A stretch of 64,000 nucleotides of DNA from the NCBI GenBank assembly GCA_951406725.2, contig OX597815.1, positions 35,340,001 to 35,404,000 on the forward strand, in the 5' to 3' direction. The notes below the pieces were generated by a model. It saw only the letters and a list, made by a program, of their open reading frames with translations. It was not told where the DNA came from and made no database searches. This document shows positions 55,031 through 64,000 of the stretch, piece by piece (within the stretch, counting starts at the first letter, position 1; each line of letters opens with the position of its first letter). The position numbers and the translations under genes were made by a program. This stretch comes from Octopus vulgaris (Eukaryota).

Positions 55031-55932
55031 GAATGGCATCGAAGGGTCTGTGACAGATATTAGCACAGCCTCTTCCTCCGGGTTAAACCAAACACAATAT
55101 GGATCGATAAGCTCAAAAATAATTCGATATGCACATTTTTGCCGCTGATTTTTCTTTATATTAAAAAGTATAAATCAAAAAGAGACAATTGAAATTCAAC
55201 TAGGAACGAAGCATTAATGGCAGCAGAATTGCAAACTTCTCTACTTTTGTATCGATGAGAAGATATATTACGAACTAATTTTCAATTTGATGCACTTGTA
55301 ATTTAGCTGAAAAGAACATTTGTTGTTTTATTTATTCAATAACTTTTTTTTAAGTTCAAAATTAATATTTTCAATCACCATTTAACAAATATTTTTCTTT
55401 TGATATTTGCTTCCTATTTAAATACACAGATTACTTGGTGCATACAGTAAATTTAATATGTCTGTTCGATAGAGAAACGTTTTGAAAAGCACAGCGAATT
55501 TCTAAAGTTCAACAAAAATGTATGCGCAAAAGATGTGTAATTCTGTAGAAGCAATAGTAACATGCAACACAGAATAACTGTTGTTATAGCTTTTGCTGTT
55601 GTTTTTTAAGCCCGTGTCAGTTCTGATCAAGACGAGTAATAATCAAAAGTGTTCCATTCTTGACAGTTCCTTCTAATTTTTGACATTGTGTTTCTATGAC
55701 TACATTATCTAGTCTGCCCTTGTCTTTAACAAGATAGTGGGATCTAATATGAGGCGAATTTGCTCTACATACAAATAACAGGTGTAGCGACATAACAGTT
55801 AAATGTCACTCAAATCCAGTTGTTATTTCACTCTACCTCTTTTTTGTAGCATGTTGTATTCTGGAAATCAAAACTTACATAAGTTATCACTAATAACTTG
55901 TGAAAGACAATAAATTAACTTTATCTCTAGCA

Positions 55933-56156
55933 CACAGGCCCATTAAGCTATTGGGCCTTTAAGCCGGAGCATATTTTTGTCTGTAGTGCGTCTAAGCGAC
56001 TGAGAATACACCCCTCCACTGCTTGAGCAGTGGAGAATATTGGAGCAACGTGAAATGAAGTGCTTGCCCAAGGACACAACACGCCACCCGATCTGGGAAA
56101 TCGAACTCACTACCTTACGATCGCGAGCCCAATACCCTAATGACTAGATAACGCGT
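55933..56156 (-). mobile_element. tRNA-derived SINE (family B, tail type 3)
   Basis: Shares TGGAGCAACGTGAAATGAAGTG.CTTGCCCAAGGACACAAC core and the tRNA head with 8661-8974; unrelated 3' part. Confidence 0.75.
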
Positions 56157-57148
56157 GACATCACAAGATACCATTCTCCTTTCCGGAAGACTCTGTTATC
56201 TAGAATTTATTTATTGGGAAAGAAGTGGTGGCTAACATCACACAGCAAGTGAAATACTATTTCAAAACCCATACCTGGGGTTTAATCCCCGTGAACAAAA
56301 AAATAAAGAGAAATAGAGAGAGAGGGGAGGAAAAGATAGTAATCCGAAATTTACGACACAAAACTTAACCAGTCGCATCAAAGAAAAGAGAATGTCCGAA
56401 ATACGTTATCTTTCCAAACCTATAAACCTCTGACCTTCTATCTAAGAACCCTTAATTATAAATCAAAATATTATTGTTTATTACTGATCTGAAACACTAT
56501 CAACTAGATTTGTACCAAACATATAGAATATAGTGAATGTTTTATATTTGCCATTAATATATCAGCATGTCGCTATATTTATTACATTTTATTAATTCTG
56601 TTTTCAGATCTTTGTACGTTCTTTGTTTGTTGGTTGGTTGTTATTTATTATTAGATAGAAACAATTTGGTGGTTTTTAATTTCCTTTTAAACCAAATCTA
56701 ATCATATTTCTAGATACACAAATGTAGCATCGATGTCTGATATTTACAGATATTATTTGAATCCACATGCTCAAATAAAACACAGACACGAATATAAATA
56801 CACACGCACACACACAAACGCAAACACATGCTCACACACAAAACCTAAGTGCGCAAACATATCCATATAAGCCCACGAACATATATAAAAAAGCAAATTT
56901 ACAAAGCTACAGAGATACACGAACACATAGGAGGACATTTAAATATACGTAGATATGTCCACCTATCCTTCCACATACATACGATCAAAACGTAGAAATA
57001 CTTGTATTTGTATTATGTATATGCGTGTATGTATATGTGTATATATGTATATGAGTGTATGTATATGTGTATATATGTATATGAGTGTATGTATATGTGT
57101 GTATGTATGTGTGTGTATATATGTATATGAGTGTATATATTATATATG

Positions 57149-57204
<56 letters not shown>

Positions 57205-57293
57205 CATATCTATGTGTAAATATGAATATACGTGTATAAGTGTATGTATATATGTACTATGTATGTATGCATCTATCTATCAATTAATCTATC

Positions 57294-57371
<78 letters not shown>

Positions 57372-59270
57372 CCTTTCTGTCTATGAGTAACAACATTTTT
57401 ACAAATCGTTTCTAAATGTCTCTCGTTTAAACCTTCGGACGATCAATTGAAAATCAGACAAAAACTCCGAGTAACAATTTGTAAAATTCCATCGTTCAAA
57501 ATGTATAATATTCTACTTTTACTATTAAGTACTCTTTTATCATACATTTTATGCAGTCAAAGGGTTGCACATACATACATAGCTTCATACATATATACAT
57601 ACATACATACATACATACATACATACATACATACATACATACATACATACATACATACATACATACATACATACATTGAAAACATGCACACATACACTTA
57701 AATACATCTTCATATTTGTATATGTGTGTTGATAGATGTATACATGCATGTGTTCCTACATAATATTTATTAATGGAAACAGGCATATAAATAAGGCACA
57801 TAATGCGATTCAAAAGAAAATGTAGTCCGTCAATAACAAATATATATATATATACGTAGGCATATATAGATTCATATATGCATAAATATACTTATATATG
57901 CATGAGTATATATGTGTGTGCATTTATGTATGTATGTGCATGTGTCTGCGTGCGTGTTTATCCAAATGTGTATGCAAGTTTTTCTAAAGCTATGCATTAT
58001 ACGTAGGCTGGGGATAAACAAATATATGAAGTATAAATAAATATATGATTTTAATTTAAATGAAATCATTAAAGTGCTCCAACGAAAAATAACCTACATT
58101 ACCATATTTCATACATTCAAAATATCGATACAGAATGATAGCACACAAAAACAATTACAGTACATGTGTACACATATACATACACACATATGCATACACA
58201 CATATATAAGAATTATATATACACATTCATACATTCGTGTGTGCATACACACACACACACACGCACACGCACACATTCACAATATTTGTAAAAACATATG
58301 TGTATGCGCATATATGTTTATTTACTCGTATGTAATCATTACTATTTATGAATAAATATAATTAAAAACTAAAAGGTCAAAAACATCAAATACGAATATG
58401 GGTATAAACATAATCACCCATCCCAGCACCCACATGTAAACCTACATACATAAACATGTACATGTATATAAACATGCATTTATATATAAACATATACACA
58501 CACATATGTGTATGTGAATATATATATATATATGTACATATATATGTTTATGTACGTGTGTGTATGCACACACGAATGTATGAATGTGTATATATAATTC
58601 GAATGTGTGAATGTGTATATATAAGACGTGAATGTGTATATATAAGACGAAATTGTATAAGAGTGACTCGGAGGACTGGATTTTCGTGCCAAGCTATAAC
58701 ATATTCTAATAAAAGATTATGTATAGTATATCCTGTTTTATGCATACACGTTCCTTTCTCCCGTGTGTATAACCAAATATACCAATACATATGTATATAT
58801 GTACAAATATATTTCCTAGGCATACACTTACATATGTATATGTGTGTGTATGTGTATGTTTGTGAGCGCGTGTGTGTGTGTGTGCGGGCGGATGTGTGTG
58901 TGTGTGTGTGTACAAAAACTTTCACTGGTGCATACATATATACATACACATATACATGAAGGCATACGTACGAGCACACGTTAGAAAACTTTCATACACA
59001 CATGCATAAAGAGGCAAAAACACGTATACACACACCATGAACGTGTGTGTGTTTGCATGTGTGGGTATATTTACGCATACATGCATATATATATATGTGT
59101 GTTTGTACGAATAGAAGGATGAATGTGTGCTTGAATGGAAGTATGCAAGTTACTATGAATGTATGAACGTATGCAGTTATACACACACACATACGCAAGC
59201 ACATATATAAATATGTGTATGTATATATGATAATATATATATGTATCTATACACATGTATGTGTGTGCAT

Positions 59271-59313
<43 letters not shown>

Positions 59314-59326
59314 ATGTAAATATGTA

Positions 59327-59379
<53 letters not shown>

Positions 59380-59654
59380 GTATATGAAGAATAAGGAAAG
59401 AACATTTTACGAGCTAGAATTGAAAATATATAAACATATTTAGCGCTTATTTTTCCTCCCCTTTCCTGTTCGCCATTTTGGAGCTATTGAAAGGCAACAA
59501 AACACACGAAAGAGCATCGACTAGTTGCTATTTCACTAAACCCCTATTGCTTAAACATTATCAAAAATGCTTCGTGGCATTAATTGAAGAGTTAATCTAA
59601 TTAATCGAAACATAAATTTGTAGAAAAGATGTAATATAGGTGTAATAGTAAAGC

Positions 59655-59684
59655 AACAACAACAACAACAACAACAATAACCAC

Positions 59685-59716
<32 letters not shown>

Positions 59717-59749
59717 TAATAATAATGATAATGATAATAATAATAATAA

Positions 59750-59792
<43 letters not shown>

Positions 59793-59836
59793 TAATAATT
59801 AAAATGAAAATTATCATTATTATGTTTATTATTACT

Positions 59837-59871
<35 letters not shown>

Positions 59872-60126
59872 GTGGATGAGGAAGAGATTAAGCAGAAGGA
59901 GGACAAGGAGGAGGAAAATCTTTTTTTGCCACAAGAACGATGAATATGGGATTTTAAGGGGGGACCTGAAGAAGAAGAAGAAGAAGAAGAAGAAGAAGAA
60001 GAAGAAGAAGAAGAAGAAGAAGAAGAAGAAGAAAAAAGCAATTAAGGAGTTGTTGGTGATGATGATAATGATGACGACGACGATGATGATGTGGTGGTGG
60101 TGGTGGTAGTGATGATGATGATGATG
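59655..60126. repeat. Compound trinucleotide microsatellites (CAA/AAT/CAT/GAA/GAT/GGT)
   Basis: Seen directly. Confidence 0.95.
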
Positions 60127-60311
60127 AGAAATTGAAGAGTGGGACCACTAGTTAGATATGGTGAACCGATGAGATGAAGAAGAATTTAATCTATCTATAA
60201 TACAATTTATTTTATTCTTATGTATTTTTATTGGAAATATTTATTGAATTAAATCATTTAATGGTAATATCTTATAATGTTAATATCATATTCTATTTAT
60301 AAAAGATGCTA

Positions 60312-60348
<37 letters not shown>

Positions 60349-60765
60349 CCCTTGAGTATGTGCGTGTAATTTCCATAAATACATACATATATTCATGCAT
60401 ATATACATGTATACACACAGACACACATACACACACGTGCACATACACACACACACGCGCGCGCGCACACGCACACCACTGAAGTGTGTATAAAGATGTT
60501 CATATATATTTGAGCCCAAATAAAGATATATGGCAATACATGCGATAACCTATTTTTTTCATTAATTGCTTTTATGTTTTTCATAAAATTTCCTTGTATG
60601 AAATCAGGTAAGAGATATTTTTCAATATCATCTTGATTTGAGATGCAGCGATTTAGTAGAATCGTTAGCACGCCGAGTGATATGCTTGGCGGCATTTCAT
60701 CCGTTTTTAGGTTTCGAGTTCAAATTCCGCCAACTTTTCCTTTCATCCTCTTGTACTTGATAAAT

Positions 60766-61362
60766 TTTTGACCGACAGATTTAAAAAATCATTTTTTGTT
60801 ACAAAACACTTTCAAACTTCGGACACTGGTAGAATGTGTCATATAAAATCATCTTTTACTCTTAGCGTTTTTGAGAAAACCTTATATTTGGGAAGTTATT
60901 TCACATTAAAGTTCTCGTATTTCGGTAATTTCAACCAATCAATGACATGTATTAAGCCGAATAAAATTACAACCGTTGTTTGTCAACAACAGCTATCGGC
61001 GGTGTATTTTTCGTTTGTCACTGTTATTTATAACATCGTTCGTGCGTTCGTGGTTTTACCTTTAAGGTTTTAGGGTTAGGGTTGTCATAAATAACAGTGA
61101 CAAACGAAATATACACCGCCGGAAGTTCTTGTTGATAAACAATGGTAGTAATTTTATTCGGCTGAATACACGTCATTGATTGGTTGAAATTACCGAAATA
61201 CTACAACTTTAACGTGAAATAACTTCCTAAATATAAGGTTTTCTCAAAAACGCTAAGAGTAAAAGAAGTTTTAAATGACACATTCTACCAGTGTCCGAAG
61301 TTTGAAAGTGTTTAGTTACAAAAAATTATTTTAAAAATCTGTCGGTCAAAAGGTAAAGATCC
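60766..61362. mobile_element. Fold-back MITE with ~270-bp arms, inserted in a family A SINE
   Basis: 60766-61036 is the diverged reverse complement of 61082-61351; the spacer contains TTAGGGTTAGGG. Host SINE head at ~60645-60765 and tail at ~61363-61455. Confidence 0.9.
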
Positions 61363-61767
61363 AAACTAAGCACTACTCGAGTACTGAGATCGATTTATTC
61401 AACTTATCCTCCTCCCCGAAATTGCAGTCGTGTGCCAAAATTTGAAACCAATATTATTTTGATTTGTTGAATCGCTAAATGGTTTAATAAAATTGATCGT
61501 TGTATTTAATTATGTTTCTTCACGGTCAGAGTTCATGTCCCACTGTTGTCGAGTTTATTTTTTCTCCTTCTAGAATCAATAAAATAAGGTATCAGTCAAG
61601 TACTGTGATTAGTAGAATGGAGGGGTCTCCAACTACCGAGCCGTGCATCATTTGGTACCGAGTCACAGAGGAAAAAATATTTAATAAAAAAAATTAATTA
61701 TCGCCGTCCGCAGGATACTTTTGCGTTATGTATGTATAATATATGTAACTATTGGATTATATATATT

Positions 61768-61955
61768 GATTTCAAAATGTGGCACAAAACCAGCAATTCA
61801 GAAAGATGCAGTGAGTCGATTACATCAACCCCAGTAGTCAATTAATACTTATCTTATCGACCGCGGTGGAATAAAAAACTCAGAACGTAAAGACGGATGA
61901 AATGTCGCTAAGCATTTTGCCCGGCGTGCTAACGATTCTATCAGTTGGCCGCCTT
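61768..61955 (-). mobile_element. tRNA-derived SINE (family A), internally deleted
   Basis: Family A head and body motifs on the minus strand. Confidence 0.8.
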
Positions 61956-63339
61956 AAATTGAACTGTATATATGAAGCAGTATATTGTGTTTCGTTGTGC
62001 GCATGATCCACCAGTCTGTGGGGAAATCGTCTGGCATGAAACCGGTCCTTTGTACAAAAACGGTTTGGTGACCGCTGTTATGGTGTCTCTCCTAGTTTGT
62101 TTGGCCTTTAGTCAATGTTAGAAATCAATATTTCTTATAAATTATGCCTAGTCTGTCCTATTGGCACTAATTATAGTTTAATATCACATGGTTACTTACT
62201 TTATTTCATTATTTCATTATTGGTGAGCAATAATGCCGTTGGTTACAGGTTTCCTATGAGCCTGTCGCTATTTCAGTGATTCTCAAGCCGACAAGACGTT
62301 AAATTCCAAAACATTAAAGATACATTTGTCCCCTCATTAATGAAGCGCTAAATGATAAAATAGAGTCTGCATCTATATAATTATTCATATAATTATTCTT
62401 TCTTCGCTGTGATGAGGTTAAAACACGTAAAATTTTATTTAGCCCAACAATTTGTTCGCCTTTCTTTTCAAACTTTACATACCACCCAAATAACCTGGCC
62501 TTCTTCTTATTGGAAACACTGAGCCACTTCAATGCATTTCTCACAGTGAAAATAATAAAAAATAATAGATAATAAAAATATGTCCAATTCGGAGAAACAA
62601 GCATTGCAGAGTGAAATATATTGTTTTTAAAGATGGAACGCGAAGTAGATAAAGCTATTACTAATAGCATTTAAATATTGGGCTTTTGAAAAAAAAAACT
62701 CTATGGATGGAAATGTCGCAGACCGGATTTTTTCCACCCTAAGCGTTATTATTTCCATCTTAAGCGTTATTATTTATAGCCTTATCTACTTCGAGTTTCA
62801 CCAATTAAAAACAATTCTCATAGCATAACTGAATGTACTTTTATTGGAAAGCACTAGTTATTTCTGTTTTCTTGCCGTTGTTTAAATCTGTCCTCGATAA
62901 GTGTGTGTATGTGTGTGTGCACGTGTGTGTGTGCACGTGTGTGTGTGCACGTGTGTGTGTGCTTGCATGTTTCTATACATCTATATGTGTGTGTGCATGC
63001 GTGTGTATGTGCATGTGTGCGTGTGTGTATGCTTCAAGGATCATTGCAGCCACAAACTACGTAAAGGACGCAACGGTGTTAATCCCGACGGATTATCTGG
63101 TATATTCTTAATGATAATCTTATTGCTATGAATGTTATTAAAAAAGGAATACTTTTTATAAAAATAACAATAAAAATATATCCAAAAGTTTTATAAGTGA
63201 TATGCTAAATATAAACAACTTGATGGTTATATTCCAGTACTAATTTTGCCTTATCTAAATACTTCCTTATTTAACCACTTATAAGTGGTTATTTTACAAC
63301 TTAGTCTTTCAATGTTGAGGTTCATCCACCACTTTTATA

Positions 63340-64000
63340 TATTTCTTTACTACCCACAAGGGGCTAAACATAGAGGAGACAAACAAGGACAGACAAAGGG
63401 ATTAAGTCGATTACATCGACCCCAGTGCGAAACTGGTACTTTATTTATCGACCCCGAAAGGATGAAAGGCAAAGTCGACCTCGGCGGAATTTGAACTCAG
63501 AACGTAAAGACAGACGAAATACCTATTTCTTTATTACCCACAAGGGGCTAGACATAGAGGGGGACAAACAAGAACAGTCATAGGTATTAAGTCGACTGCA
63601 TCGACCCCAGTGCGTAACTGGTACTTAATTTATCGACCCCGAAAGGATGAAAGGCAAAGTCGACCTCGGCGGAATTTGAACTCAGAACGTAACGACAGAC
63701 GAAATACCTATTTCTTTATTACCCACAAGGGGCTAGACATAGAGGGGGACAAACAAGGACAGTCATAGGTATTAAGTCGATTGCATCGACCCCAGTGCGT
63801 AACTGGTACTTAATTTATCGACCCCGAAAGGATGAAAGGCAAAGTCGACCTCGGCGGAATTTAAACTCAGAACGTAACGACAGACGAAATACCTATTTCT
63901 TTATTACCCACAAGGGGCTAAACATAGATGGGACAGACAAAGGGATTAAGTCGATTACATCGAACCCATTGCGTAACTGGTACTTTATTTATCGACCCCG
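63340..64000 (-). repeat. Tandem array of family A SINE units with Tx1-type tail
   Basis: Unit starts at 63340, 63524, 63709 and 63894 (period 184-185 bp); runs off the window. Confidence 0.95.

Noticed and set aside
63340-64000. CRISPR-like regular array
   Set aside because: Whole 185-bp units are repeated with no unique spacers; the units are SINE-derived and the context is eukaryotic.

Overview
This is AT-rich eukaryotic DNA saturated with microsatellites and with no confidently identifiable host gene. The repeat content (dense TA/CA/GATA/AAT microsatellites and recurring tRNA-derived SINE families) strongly resembles an octopus (coleoid cephalopod) genome; that is pattern recognition, not a database result. 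Almost all ORFs in the supplied track are microsatellite artefacts. Real coding remnants come from mobile elements: Tc1/mariner and maT-like transposases, Dong/R4-type RLE LINEs, Tx1/L1-type ORF1 and ORF2 pieces, CR1-group RTs and a Penelope-like GIY-YIG remnant. The most interesting content is non-coding. (i) About ten minimal type I hammerhead ribozyme motifs with palindromic stem III occur in at least five unrelated short repeat families. (ii) A 1.3-kb palindrome (14984-16297) consists of two head-to-head copies of a unit 'tRNA-like Pol III head + (AAT)n + hammerhead tail', a candidate Penelope-mobilised, self-cleaving SINE. (iii) A fixed-length 554-bp element is found only inside (AAT)n tracts, twice beside Dong/R4 fragments. 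(iv) A SINE subfamily shares its 3' tail with Tx1-like LINEs in the window and forms a ~185-bp tandem array. Two weak candidate host exons lie on the minus strand.
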